DNA from: Schmidtea polychroa
Taxonomy: Eukaryota
Direction: 5' to 3'
Assembly (NCBI GenBank): GCA_044892525.1
Contig: CM097885.1
Location: forward strand, 204,724,001-204,788,000
DNA: 64,000 bases
The notes beneath the pieces are model-generated. The model was not told the DNA's origin. It saw nothing but the letters and a program-made list of their open reading frames with translations, and ran no database searches. Of this stretch, positions 23,077-36,857 are shown one piece after another (the first letter of the stretch is position 1; every line of letters starts with the position of its first letter). The position numbers and the translations under genes are program-made.

Positions 23077-26000
23077 CAGTGGTTCTCAATTAATATAAAA
23101 GCGCGGAACACCATTCACATGATTTTTTTTACACGGAACACTGACAAAAAAATACTTGCCCACAAATTACTATAAATCTGTCGTAAACGTAAACAATCCC
23201 TTCTTACAAGCAAAGAAAATACCACGCGCAACAATAACAAACAATAAAAACTCATATTTGTAGGTTTATATATCTGTGTAACGGCTTTCTTATTGAATCA
23301 TCTTATAAAAAAATTAATTGAGGTTTTTGATGATATGTATCTGTAGTTTTATTGACACAATGAAATCACGTTTTTTAAATTCTATTTTTATCACAATATG
23401 TGCATATTAAAACAAATTTAATTATGCAATTACATCTCCGCATGATTTTCATCTTCGTTCTCGATAAATCTGGTTTCAAAATCATCAAGATATCGAGGTC
23501 TTTTTGTCCTGCCCCTACGTTCATCTCGGCGCAGTGAGTTGAGTATAGGGTTGTCTACGTCTGTTAATCCATCATCGTCATTTTTCTTCACTGACACTTC
23601 GTTGACAGCCGGTCGTATGTCGGAATAGTGTCGCGGTTAGTCGATGAATTTACCTTCGTTACAATCCCTTCACCCCATGTCGATGTGCACTTCGCGTTTG
23701 GTGGTTTAACGTAAACTACATCGCCAACTTGGAACGACGTGTCCTGTGTCTTCTCTTCTGTATAACAAGCACCAACTCCTATCCATCAATATGAAAACAC
23801 GGATGAAGAGGGCGGCATTCCGCACTTGTCATTGGGTGCTAGGTTATACCAATATACCATTTCCAATATTCCCTTGTTGGTTCTTGCTGCCATGCGTTAA
23901 ATTGTACGATGGTTTCGTTCTATTATGCCGTTTCCTGATGGCCGATAAGCACGACGAAACACACATTTTACACCCATTTGCGACACAGTACTTTCATTTG
24001 TGTCGACCAAAATGATGTCGCATTATCAATCAACAGCTCATCAGGGGAACCTCGTTCTCTAAAGATCTGTTCAAGATTCTATGTAATGGTCTCCGCATCT
24101 TCACATCTTATTTCTCTCCACAGAGCCAAATGACCCGGTCCACAATCAATCATAGTTAAATAAAGTTTACTTAGATAGTGTGTAACATCCATAGCCAGTC
24201 TCTTTCACGTCTCCTTAACGCTTAACTTTCCATGCTCCAATTTTACAGGCGCTGGATCGATAGATTGACATTCTGAACATTCACTAATTATAGCCTATAC
24301 ATCCTCAAGTGTAACGTCCGGGCAAAGTTGCTTGACAAAATACAACGTCTTCTTGGCACCAAAATGGTGCTGTCTATGACTTTCTCGTAAAACTTCGCTC
24401 ACAACAGCAAAGGTGCATGCAGTTGGTTCGACACACGATTTAGCCCATGTCAGCCATTTATTACTGACTCTTGTGAGTTCATCTGCTTTGTTTTTATCTA
24501 TCGTGACTAACTCAACCGAGATCGTTAAGTAATTCACAAATGATCTACAGACGTCTTCGGAATTGTATTTCAGCAATTCCATGAGTTCGGTTTCTGGCAG
24601 TATCCGTTAAAAGTCAATCTATCCAACCCCTGACGGTAGCGGAATCTGTTACTACAACTAAGTTGCGTCTTTCCCAGCTGATGGCTAAGTTAATTCCATT
24701 TATCACAGCGTCTAACTCTGCAAGGTTTATATGAGCAAAATCGTTTTTCTTCCTCGTCCATGATGCATCTTCGACGATTTTTCCTGATATTTCTAACGCA
24801 ACTCCTAATGCCAGATTGCTCGCATCGCACCAGACAATCGTAGATCCGTCCTTGTTTACGTGCCACTCACTAGTCACGGGGTCACTCTCTTTCACACGAT
24901 ACATCATTTCGTTAACCACTTTTAACGCAATTTTTCCAATCGTATCATCCCACTTACTTCCAGCACTGTGTCGTTTTATATAGCTACTTGCTACTCTTAA
25001 CCATCCAGCAACAGGATAGTGCCCAAAGAGTAGACCGCAGAAGGAAAATAACTCCCTTCTTGACATAATTGTAAACGCACTGTGTGGCAATATGTTTCCA
25101 CGATGCCACATACGACCGTTAATACTTGTTTGAAGCTGGAGATCTAGCACCATTGCATCATCAAACTCTTCTGGTGGCTTTGTAATTAGCCCGTATGCTG
25201 CTAAATGGCTTATTACTTCATTGACATTTATTCTTGACTAGTTGACAATAATGTCATCAATATAACTATCTGTTGCTTTCCTGATATTTTCTCTTAAACT
25301 CAGTACCTTCCGTAATATTGTTGACATTATTTTTCTAGCCACATTTAAACCAAAACCGAGTCTCGTTAGAATGTATCTGTTCCCTCTTCTGCACATAGCC
25401 AACATTTCTTTCCTTGTTTCTTGAAACAACGATCTTCTAGATGACCATTCTTTCCGCAATACGAGCATTTCTTTTGCTTGTCTTGTATTCCCACGACAAC
25501 CGAACACAGTTCCATACTGTCACAGTTCACTAAGACACGAGACTGTTTCAAGACCTCAACAAGAGACATCTGCTGAATATTGGCATTGGATCGTAACTGC
25601 TGTGATGACACTGCTGGCAAACCCATGATGAATGCGCTTTTAATCTCGTTATCTATCTTGGCCAGATATGCTAAGTTTTTGAGATCATTCAAATAGACGT
25701 CTAGTGGCTCATTGCACCACTTTCGTTCACGGAATCGGTCATATGCTTGGAACATATCTATCGAATAGACATCGATTGATGCATGTTCGATCTTCAATGC
25801 GTTGCATTTGTCTTCCGCGCTCAAATGCTGATATACTGCAAAAGCTAGTCCATCTAGATATAAAGGAATTATTGATTCCCACTCCACGATTTTTTGAATT
25901 TTTGCCACTAGCTTCACTTTTTGAATCAACTGTTGAACGTCACCTTCTTCATTGAAAATAGGTATCATTTTGTCCATGATATGGCCGCGAAAGCTTGTAG

Positions 26001-26158
26001 TTTTATTGACACAATGAAATCACAACAGTTTTTAAATTCTATTTTTATCACAATATGTGCATATTAAAACAAATTTAATTATTCAATTACAGTATCTTAA
26101 ATGCAAATTTAAAGATAAAATGTCATTTTTTTCGCGGAACACGGGTTGAAAACCACTG
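23077..26158. mobile_element. hAT MITE (about 330 bp net) interrupted by an LTR retrotransposon
   Basis: TIRs CAGTGGTTCTCAA / TTGAAAACCACTG. TSD GCTTAGAT / GCTTAAAT. Confidence 0.85.
23342..26091 (-). mobile_element. Ty3/Gypsy element with very short LTRs and deleted gag-pol
   Basis: LTRs 23342-23434 and 25996-26091 (TG...CA) with TSD GTATC. Gag with CxxCxxxxHxxxxC (25366-25977), RT YIDD (about 25250), RNase H VWCDAS...ELDA (24614-25153) and integrase HHFG / AMDVTH remnants. Confidence 0.9.
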
Positions 26159-26959
26159 GCTTAAATACATGTGATATATTTGATCATTTGTCTTCAGTCA
26201 TAATTTATTTATTTAGTTAAATAACTCATATTCATAAATTTATTTTTGAGACAAATAATAGCTTTGATATCGACAATTTTAACAGACATTTCTCATGCGA
26301 CATTCTCATACATAATCTCCATGAAATTCCATCTGGGCTTCAAACTTTAATATACATTTATTTTTCAATGTATCTCGAATGGATTTTTTATCTTGTTTAA
26401 TGTCGTTAAAAGATATAAAGGTTTAATGTTATATTTATTGTGTAAATTAACCATTTAAATGAAAATTACAGACCTTTTCAATAACTAATAGACTTTTGAC
26501 ATCAACATTTGATCATATATTTCCAACAAAATTAGATAAATCATTTAAACATGAAATTTGTTCGGATTCAACAAATCGTTGATGAAATTATTGAGTTGCT
26601 TAATATTTCTAAATGATATTAATCCTAAAGAAATTATTATGCTCACTGTTATCTGGTCATGCGTGGATTTGAGACTTGGAGAACTTGAGACCTTACTCGA
26701 TCTTTCATGGCTAATGCGGATAAAATAGAAATGAAAATCTATGATAAATTAGATGAAGCAAGAAGAGAGTTTCTAACATGTTTAAATTTTCAAATAAACA
26801 CAGTATATATTTTATATTTATCTTGTGGACTTATTTGTTCTTGTTTCAAAAGCACTAATAAATGTGAAATTGTGATGCAAATATTACATAATTATATTTT
26901 GTATATTTCTAATGTTGTGTCAATCAATTTGTTTAATTATTTTATAAGTTAACTGGTTT

Positions 26960-27590
26960 CCATAGCAATGTTTTTAGCTATTCATTTTGCTAAATGTTGA
27001 TACAGTTACGCCTTAAACTTATCATTTTGACTGATTATCAATTGAGTTAATTTTGCCACTTTTGAAGAAAAATGCGATCGCCATCATCATCAAGTGCAGC
27101 AATAGTCTTTGGAAATGTTCGGCCGAAATAATGTGCTTTAAAAGTCGAAATTACTCCTTGGTCTATGGGTTGCAAAATTGATGTAGTGTTAGGAGGAAGA
27201 AAAATAACTTTAATCTCCTTGCACATTTCCAGTATAACTATTGCGTGACCGGGAGCATTATCATTAAAGAAGCAGAATATTAAAGGGAATTTTTTGTTCT
27301 AAACAGTAGGCCTGGACAGTAGGCTTAAAATAATCAGTGAACCACTTCGTAAAAAGATCGGGAGTCATCTAGGCTTTTTTGTTTGCTTGATAATAAACAG
27401 GTAGGCAGACTTTTGCATAATTCTTCAAGACCCTAGGATTTTGCGAATCGTATATGAGTATTGGCTTTAATTTGCTGTCATCAGCTGCATTTGCTCCTAA
27501 CAAAAGATTCAGCCTATCCGTGCTAGCTTTGAAACCTGACATTGTTTTTTCCTCTTTAACTATGAAAGTTCTAGCCGGCATATAAATAAT
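26960..27590 (-). mobile_element. Tigger (TIGD1-like) transposase remnant
   Basis: MPARTFIVKEEKTMSGFKASTDRLNLLLGANA, DNAPGH and VIFLPPNTTSILQPIDQGVISTFKAHY. Confidence 0.85.
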
Positions 27591-27599
27591 GATTGAAGT

Positions 27600-28760
27600 G
27601 TTGCCAGCAACTTTTTCCTTGTTATTCTATATCCCTTTTCATGGTTGCTCATTGCATGAGAACCGTATGCTATAACTTTTCGTACCCGTTGTCGTCTTTC
27701 TGTGATAATACTGCTCCAATCGTGTCAAAACTCGCATCAGTATCCAGAATGAATCCTCTTTCGAAATCTGGAAACCCTAGAATAGGTGAGGACATAAGCA
27801 TTTTTCATATTTTTGAATGCAATGTTGCATCCGTCAGTCCAAATTAATTTTTTGTTGTTAAACCCGCTTAGCTTTTCTAAAACTTGTCTTTTTTGCGTAT
27901 TCCTTTATAAATCTCCTGTTGTAATTGCATATTCCTAGGAAGCTTCTCAGATTCTTAACACATTTTGGCTTTCCAAATGATTTTATCACGTCTAGCTTTG
28001 ATGTATTCCATCTTTGTTGGTTATATGACCTAAAGATTTGACTTCCTCTTTAAGGATATGGCACTTTTCAAAGTTTATCCTAAGACCCGCCTTTCCAATT
28101 TTATCCAGCACTAAATTTAAAACTTCGTAGTGATGATTGATCGTTTCTGTAAATATCAAAATATCGTCTAGGTATACTGCTGCATATCTTGTACCCAATA
28201 ATACTTTTCCCATCAGTTCCTGAAACGTACCTGGTGCCGCTGCTATTCCAAATGGCATTCTGTTAATACAGTATTGCCCTGATTTGGTTGAAAACGCCGT
28301 TTTTAACTTTGATTCGTCTTCTAGTTCTAATTGATAATATGCATTTCCAAGATCTATCGAACTAAAATAATTTGCTCCACCCAATTTATCTAACATCTCT
28401 GCTATATTCGGCATAGGGAACGCCTGTTTCTCTGTTACTAGGTTTAATTGCCTGAAATCAAGGCATAATCTGATATCTTGCTTTTCTTTCTTCCAGACGC
28501 ATATTAATGGAGTGTTCCAGGGCGAATTACACTTTTTGATAATATTATTTTCCCATAAGTTTTTATCGCTTCATCTATTGTACCTTCCAAGTAGACTGGT
28601 TGTCTCCGAGGTTTAATATTTATCGGTTTTCCTTGAGTTTCTATTTTATGCTTCAACAGCGGTCTTGTATTCTAATAGTTACACTTGGTCGGCCTTGCAT
28701 TTTATCATAACTAATAATACCATTTTTCAATCCATCTAATGTGAGTATTTGTATTTGTAT
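27600..28760 (-). mobile_element. Ty3/Gypsy RT-RNase H remnant
   Basis: YFSSIDLGNAYYQ, RMPFGI, VYLDDILIF (27992-28414), then FILDTDAS..IGAVLSQ and VIAYGSHAM. Confidence 0.9.
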
Positions 28761-28806
28761 TAATTATTATAATAAAAGTAAAATATAATGTATTATAGGA
28801 AAAGAT

Positions 28807-29085
28807 GTGAAAGATACAGAGGTAACGGAAGAGAAAATTAATGTAATAAGGAAAGTAAACTTATTCATAAAAAAGTATTTTGCAGAAAGAGAAAGAGACA
28901 AAATACAAATACAAATACTCACATTAGATGAATTGAAAAATGATATTATTAGTTATGATAAAATGCAAGGCCGGCCAAGTGTAACTATTAGAATACAAGA
29001 TCAGAATATGGAATGGTTGCTCGATACATGAGCTTTGCACCAAGCTGTTGAAGCATAAAATAGAAACTCAATGAAAACCGATAAA
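28807..29085 (+). mobile_element. Gypsy protease N-terminal stub; inverted duplicate of 28620-28760
   Basis: GRPSVTIRIQDQNMEWLLDT*A is the aspartic protease motif. The sequence mirrors the minus-strand copy. Confidence 0.7.
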
Positions 29086-30419
29086 ATAATAATTATAAAA
29101 TATTAAAATATTATTATTAATTATATCAACATTGTTTAAAATAATATTAATTTAATATTTAATTAATTAATTCATCTACTTGTTTTAGTCAATAATCTGA
29201 AGTCAAAATTTATTTTCTTATTAATGGTTATGTTGAATATTTGTTGAAATAGTAATTTATTGAATAGATAAAAAATTATTTGTAAATGTTTGACCTGGAT
29301 CAGATGCACACAGTAGCCGATCAGTGTTGATGATCAGATTCTCTTGAATTTGCAAGTGATTGATTGTAGCACCGCAATATTTCCCTATTGCACAAGGCAA
29401 TGGCGCTTATTCCACACAGTTGATCAATGAGCGTTGATTTTAAATTTTTAATTAACATTTTAATCTGATTAATCAATTTTATCACTCTTGTTTCCCTTTC
29501 AATTTGTCTACGGCAGATTGATGAGTGATTTTGTTGATTGAAACGTAACTTTTCCATTGGTTTTATCCACGATAACGAAATGTTACTTTTGATGCCTTTT
29601 CACCAAGTTGCCACCGGTTGGGATTTGGAATTCTTAACTTTGGTAAATCATATAATTAAACTGAATTATATAAATAGAACGAAAGAAAATAAATAAAATT
29701 GTACTTTTAAAAAACAATTAAAACAAATTAATTAACATGAAATAACTTTAAATAACTTTAAAAAAATTAATTTAAATTTTTATATTTTCTTTTATAATTG
29801 GTTTTTTGAGTCTATACTTGCATTCGAATTGAAACAACGATGTGCTCTTCAGAATGATCATTTGAATGGTCTTTCGAAGCTTTAGTTAAAGAATCCATTA
29901 ATTCACCACAGTTCATAGTAGCTTCATTTACTATCAGTAAAGGCAGGCCCTATCACAAGGGGAGCCAGGAAGGCCATCTGGCCTCCGCTCAAAAAGAGGC
30001 CTCACATTTTGTAAATAAATGCTTTTATTAAATATTAATATAAATCCCAGTCCGACTTTTATTTATCGTCAATAACTCTATTACGTCATTTCTGCTAGAC
30101 AGTCTTTTTTGATGATGTGCGCTGTAATGATTTATATAAAATACATTTCGTAGTCGTTGATTGTTTATCATTCTCTTTCTTGATTCCGACTGATATTATT
30201 TTCGTTCAACCAACGAATGATTGATTCACTAAAAGAACTTTTAATATCACACCTCATCGATTTTTTCTTCTCTGTATTCACTAAAGTTTCTACTATAAGC
30301 GTTGCTATTAAAATTGATTCTTCTTTTTTAAAATTCGAAATAATTCCAGAAGAATCACTAAAATTATATTCCAATACAAATTAGCTTTACAACAACGTGT
30401 TACAAAAATTTGAGTGAAT

Positions 30420-30900
30420 AATAAATCACAACCACGAAAGCTTGAAATTAATTAATCACTCACTCGGTACATACAACCTGATGCGCACAAAAAAATTCTA
30501 TCAAAAGTCGCACATAACCCGACCTATGATAGTAGATAGGTCAAAACATTTCTATTTTTGGATCCCTTCTAATGGATTAACCAAGGTCACCGGCCCCAAC
30601 AATTCTCTACCCCGCACAAAATCTGTGTAACATTAATATGCCCATCTTTCTCTAATGCAGGATACCGACCCTTACGCATTTTTGTGGCATCAACAAATAT
30701 GTGGATTTTCCACTCACTAGCGCCAATAAACACGTCTATCTGCTTTCTTTTAATCAGAATTGGAAGTCTACATTTCTCAAATTCTTCCAGTTTTTCGACA
30801 ACTTTCTCCAAATACACATTTTCAGGTCTTCAGTGTACATTTTTACCACAAGTTGATCAAGCTTTAAAACTAATTCATCAAATTATCAGTTTGGCGAAGC
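30420..30900 (-). mobile_element. BEL/Pao RNase H-region remnant
   Basis: EKLEEFEKCRLP...WKIHIFVDAT...EKDGHINVTQILCG resembles the BEL/Pao LHIFVDAS..G.I.V.L region. Confidence 0.5.
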
Positions 30901-31629
30901 TTATGAAATTCAAATCATTCAAGAAAATCCTAGTAAATTCTAATTTACAGAATCAAAGAACATTAACGAAGATTCACATTTCAAGTTGCAATACTTTAAT
31001 ATTGTTAACTAATTTTCGCATGAACTTCATATCAATCATTAATATTCACGAGATTTTGGTCCTAGAAGATGGATACAATGAAACGATTATGTCGATGAAA
31101 ACCCAATATTCAATCTGATATAAGCACACAATTGTAAGCACTACTCGATGCCTGCGCAGATACTTATTAGTTATATGCGTTCAACATCACGGAATAAATG
31201 CGAAATACATCCTGTTCAATCCACAGCCTTTCCAAATGGAAAAACATAAACAAATCACTTTGACATAATGCCGCCTTAAGTAGCGTTAAACTAACTGACG
31301 TCGTTCCTTGATGTGTTTCAACTCTGGAGGTATTGTGATTTAATTATATTAACTTGGAAGGTCCAAGATATCTAGCGACAAAGATGAATCTTGCACAGTA
31401 TGGAGCCAAACCACTTCATAATTTGAAAATTCCATTGGAATATACTGTTTCTTAGTTATGGCAGTCGAGTGAAGTGGATTTATGATTCGAATTCGAAGAT
31501 GATATCTTGCAAGATCTAACATCTAAAGTTGGAGGTTAGTGACACTGTAATATATCTTTTTGGTATTACTGCCGATGTACCAAATAACATTTGAATCTAA
31601 GAAGCTTTAATTATGTCATAATATGTATT

Positions 31630-32090
31630 TTTTTATCCCACTAGTACGAAGAGCGGCGTTATCACCAATTCAAACTTGCTTGTCAATGTCCTCAGCGAGT
31701 TCTTAATAGTGCGATGATACATCTTGATTAACGATTCGTTTGGATGTGAGTAGGCTGTTGTTCTAAGTCTTGATAGATTCCCAACTAGACCGGGTTCAGA
31801 TTGAATTCTTTGATCCATGACAACATGTATATCTTGCAATTCACGTACTAACAAAGGTTTAAGCGACTGAATTTACAGTGACGTTCACATGTCATCCATA
31901 AATATTTTTCGAATAATTCCTGGTTCCATGTCTTCCCAGTCGCCAATGATTTGCTTGAGGAACTGAGAGGGTTTGAATACCCATGAGATGAGTTTGCATT
32001 AGTCTACTGAATACTGCCGCTAAATCTGTGGTATATTTTGAGATAACTGCTTCTTTCAACTTAAAACAAGCATCTCCGGATATCACTGAT
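31630..32090 (-). mobile_element. Gypsy integrase core remnant
   Basis: HVVMDQRIQSEP..RTTAYSHPNESLIKMYHRTIKNSLR corresponds to the SDQG..RTTAYHPQSNG..ERYHRTLK motif. Confidence 0.6.
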
Positions 32091-33367
32091 TTCTCAATAG
32101 CAATAATTGTGCTGTCTTTTCCCTAAAGGTTGCCTCGATAACAGCATCCCAACAGTTTGGCGATCCTGACTAATCCAAGAAGAACGGACAAATTGTATCA
32201 GATAACATCAACGATACATTTAATTTTATTTGCCTTTCTCCTGACACATTTTAATGAATATTAAATACAGATTTTTGGAGATTTTTGGAGATTTTTATTC
32301 GTAAAAAAATTCTAAGTGATTTTTCTATTTCTTTTAATTATTAAAACAAACTTATTTCTAATTCATTGCACCAAGCGAAATTATTTGCACTTTTACACCA
32401 AATTATAAATTAAATCATAAAATTAAATTGTAAACTTGATTATGAAGGATAATATGGGTTTAAGGAAAATTAGGCCCACAAAAGTTACATTTACTAGAAA
32501 ACTTCCATTAAAATTGAAATTACTTTAAAACACTTTTCTTATCATCCATATCAAATATACATCAACTTTTTATTGAAGCCATTCCCAGGCACAGCTCGAG
32601 AGCTTGGAATGAAATAAATTCACAAATTTGTATATTCACCAGTTTACATGTGTTGTCAGATACGGGCGCGGCAATCAACACGGCCCTCTCACTAATTGCA
32701 TGATTCTCTAGACCGGCAAATCCATCAAGGTGATTCTTGCTTACTATATGATATCCCTGCACAATGTGCACTGCACTGATATTAATTACTGAAATGCGAT
32801 TGGTTGAAATTGTGCAATATTCACAATCTATTGATTGCTACAATCAACAGTGCTGGGATCATCACGATTGGCGCATTTGATATTTGATTGATATTTTCAA
32901 CAAAATTCAAAGAAAATTTCTTGTAAATTGATATACTTTTAATTTCGAATTCTGAGATTGGAAATTCGGTTTCCTTATGCTCCTTGATCATTAGAAATTT
33001 CAGCTGCCATTATGTACATTTCATATAATCTCGCATCGCCTTACGGATCAGACAATAGACATTTTGGCATCGGCATTCGATGCTCGAGATTTGGAAAGCG
33101 AATTCTGCATTGTTTATTTTGATGTGATAATGAAAGGCTTGTTTGTTTGCCATAATTGCGATATTTGAACTTGTTTGTTTGTTTAATATAATAATTTCAA
33201 CATTTACCCACTGAATTTGTTTTTAAAGTCTAATATTATTTAAAATTTAACTTTATCAACTTCTTATATGTAACTGTAACGGCAATTCTCAATAGCCTTT
33301 ATATGTAATAAAATTTTATACTATGTTGCACTTACAATTCATCTATCTTTCCGATTATTAGCTTGCT

Positions 33368-33394
33368 GTGCGGGTAGCTCCCGCACGACACTAT
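33368..33394 (+). other. GC hairpin resembling a Helitron 3' terminus
   Basis: GTGCGGG-TAGCT-CCCGCAC followed by GACACTAT (CTAG-like end with one change). Confidence 0.4.
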
Positions 33395-33429
33395 TTATAT
33401 TTAATATTTAATTAACCTTTTACTTTTAA

Positions 33430-33658
33430 CCCCTTAACGCGCACTGACGTATATATACGTTCACGCAAAACCGGACAAAATGTGCAGTGACGTGATAGTT
33501 TTTGAATAGTTTTAGTTTATTATTTTTCAGCTAATAAATATTATTATTTTATTGTTACATTATATTGTTATTTATTGAAATTGGTCCAAATATATATTTT
33601 CTTAAAGAAAAAAAATTGATTTTTTTGGTCGTTTTTTTTTAAATTGTGCGTTAAGGGG
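33430..33658. mobile_element. piggyBac-type MITE
   Basis: TIRs CCCCTTAACGCGCA / TGTGCGTTAAGGGG, with TTAA on both sides. Confidence 0.85.
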
Positions 33659-34572
33659 TTAACTACTTAAATTAGAAATACAAATTTATTTTATATTTTA
33701 TTTTCTAAAATTAGTAATTATTTATTTATTTACAACTGAAAATCCTTAGTTGTTTTCAGGCAAGCGCCGAGCAAGCCCAAGCCCAGCCCTAACAAATTCC
33801 AAGTTTAGTCCACGCAGAAGTTGTAAAATTAATTAAAGTGTATTTTATAATTATTTTAATATGAAATGAATCAGCATCTTGGGGCGTATAAAGTAATTTA
33901 TAAACTTTATTGGAAAAACATAATGGGCATATTTTCCATTTATAAAATAATTAATTTATTCTTTACAACTGTACTGTTAAAAGGTGTTCCTGTTTTTTAA
34001 CCGTGGAAAATGGATTCGGTTAGCAATATTCATAGCAATGGATATGAATTTGACGTCATTTAAAGATAATGACTCCATAATTATGAAAGATACAAACGAA
34101 AATAATGGTGAAGAAGTAGTGAGGAAATAGTTAGTAGGAAAAACCGAAAAATTGAAGAAAATGAAGGTGAAACCGATTTTGATGATGATGCTGTGAAAGA
34201 CTTAGTTCTGAATGTGAAGAGGACAGAGTCTGAAAACATTCCGACCAGAATAATACTTGACAATAGTGAACTGGGAAGTCTAAATAAGATATTCGTAAAA
34301 ACGTATGAATTATCAAAATAAATAGGTTATTTCATATTTGAGTATTACCTTTTTATTAATTTTTCAAAATATCGCGGAGCTGTTGGTTCGCCATGCAAAT
34401 CGTTTGCTTCCTTTAGTAAGAACCTAGAATTTTTGATTTGTATATTTTAAATAAATTTTATTGGATGATAATTTATTTGAAAAATAAAGTTGAAGAAAAA
34501 CGAAAAACAGCAGTGATTATATTAAACATTGATATATTTACTGATTCATAGTCAAGCTTTTTAATAAATACA

Positions 34573-34652
<80 letters not shown>

Positions 34653-34655
<3 letters not shown>

Positions 34656-36857
34656 CGTGGCGGAGTTCGCTGATTGTAAAACTGAAAATTATAGCAAGGA
34701 ATGGTCCGACCCAAATTTTGGAGTTTATAACTGGAAAAAAGGCATGGAAAAAATCGTTAAACATGAAACTTCCAATCAACATCAAAGTGCAATATGTCAA
34801 TATTTGCTGGCTAAATATCGCATTTCAAATGATAAAACTGTGATATCTGGTTTGATCAGTCAGGAGCGTTATCAAGTGGAAAAAAATAGAGAAGCTTTGA
34901 AACGAATGGTAGGTGCAACGTTGTTTTTAGCAAAACAAGGTTTGCTATTTAGAGGACACAGAGAACATTCTGGCTCTGACAAGTGTAGTAATACTGGAAA
35001 TTTTCGTGAATTGCTATTTTTATTGGCTAAATATGATTCCACTTTGGACAATCATCTAAAGTTTGAAAAGAAAAATGAACTTTATTTATGTCATGATGTA
35101 CAAAATGACCTAATTCAATCACTTGCCTCAGAATTATCCGCAAATATTGATAATGAAGTTAGGTCTGCACAATTCTTTTCTCTAATTGTTGATTCAACAA
35201 TTGATACATCCAGAGTTGATCAGATGTCAGTTTCTTTAAGATTAGTGTTAAAATCAGGACAAGTTGTTGAACGATTTATAGGCTTCAACACTGCAGCATT
35301 TTCTGATATATTATTAACGGAGTTACAAAAGCGAAACATTCACATTACACTTTGTAGAGGACAGGCATATGATGGTGCCTCTATGATGTCTGGGATTAAA
35401 AATGGTCTTCAAACTAAGATAAAGATACTTTCACCAAATGCCATCTTTGTTCACTGTTGTTCTCATGCATTGAATTTGGTGACTATTGAAGCAATGTCTC
35501 TTAACAGTGATGTTCAGTTGTTTTTTGGTACAACAGAAAAGTTGTATACTTTCCTTACATCAAGTCTACCACGACTACATATTCTCGAAGAACATCAGAA
35601 GTCTCGATATGAATCGACAGTAGATACTCTAAAACGACTTTTTGATACAAGATGGGCAAGCCGAAAACATGCAGTTGATGCAGTTGTTGGATCATTCTCC
35701 GCTATTATATCTACTCTAGAAGATATAAATTTTGGGGAATCAAAAGAACACAAAGGAAGTGTCAGAGCAGAAGCTATGGGACTATCTATTTTGATAACAA
35801 AATATTCTTTTGTTTTTCTGATGCTATTTCTACAAAAGCTGTTATATAATATCTTTGTGTTATCAAACTATTTGCAACGAAAGGACATTGATATTGCGTT
35901 TGCAAAACAATTGATTTATGTTGCCAGAAATAAGTTTGCTGATATGAGAAGTGATAAAGCTTTTGAAAGTCTAAATGTTGCTATAAAATCATTTATTATC
36001 AAAAAGTGTTCCTTACTAGATGTTGAAACAGAATTTAAAGAAAAGCGAGTTGCAAAAAGGAAACGCATGGCAGGTGAACTTAACAGAGATGAAAGGGTTG
36101 ATGATCCAACTACACGCTTCAAATGTGAAACGTATTTCACTGTCTTGGATACACTTGTAACACAACTAGATGAACGTTTTAATGATTTTCATAACTCTTT
36201 TGCTTTATTCTCCTGTCTTGATCCATCACAAATATCAGAAGAAAATAAAGAATCTTTTCAAAATTTATGCGACATTTACAAAAACGATATTAATATTGAA
36301 GAAGCAATCCTAGAATATGATACTTTCAAATACGTGTATGCATCAATACGCCCATTACTATCTTGTGAACTACAACTTAAAGAGGTGCTCCTTTCTTGGT
36401 TGAAAAACAGATGGCACCAGGACTTCCCAATTTGGCAATTCTCTATAAAATATACTTGACTCTTCCTGTTACATCTGCTACTGCTGAAAGAAGTTTCAGT
36501 AGACTGAAAATCATCAAAAATTATTTGCGATCAACAATGACAAACGAACGTCTGTCTGGATTAGCATTAATTTCAATAGAACGCGAACTGGCTGAGAACA
36601 TTGACTTTGAATCGACTATAAATCGTTTTGCTTCAATGAAATCACGCAGGAAGCAATTTAAATAATAAAAAAACTTGTATGTTTGTTACATCAATAAATG
36701 TACTAGAATAAATTTACTGAATATAATGCTTTTTAATAATATTAGTATTCACTCAATACTCGCGAAAATAAGTAGTACCATCTTCATAATTTGTGGCGCC
36801 CCCTGAAAATTTTCCTCGCCCCCCCCCCCCACGCACCAAAATCTAAATCCGCCACTG
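34653..36857 (+). mobile_element. hAT element (ZMYM1/THAP12-like transposase) flanked by (TA)n on both sides
   Basis: Right TIR AAATCCGCCACTG and degenerate left TIR GTGGCGGAGTT. ORF 34657-36459 plus frameshifted 36396-36665 carries FRGH, LIVDSTID, GQAYDGA, HCCSHALNL, DTRW and SATAERSFS. Confidence 0.92.

Noticed and set aside
32560-33180. Slit LRR-NT or PHD finger assignment for the Cys-rich fragment
   Set aside because: Only TVDCSNQ matches and the flanking frames are inconsistent, so it is left unassigned.
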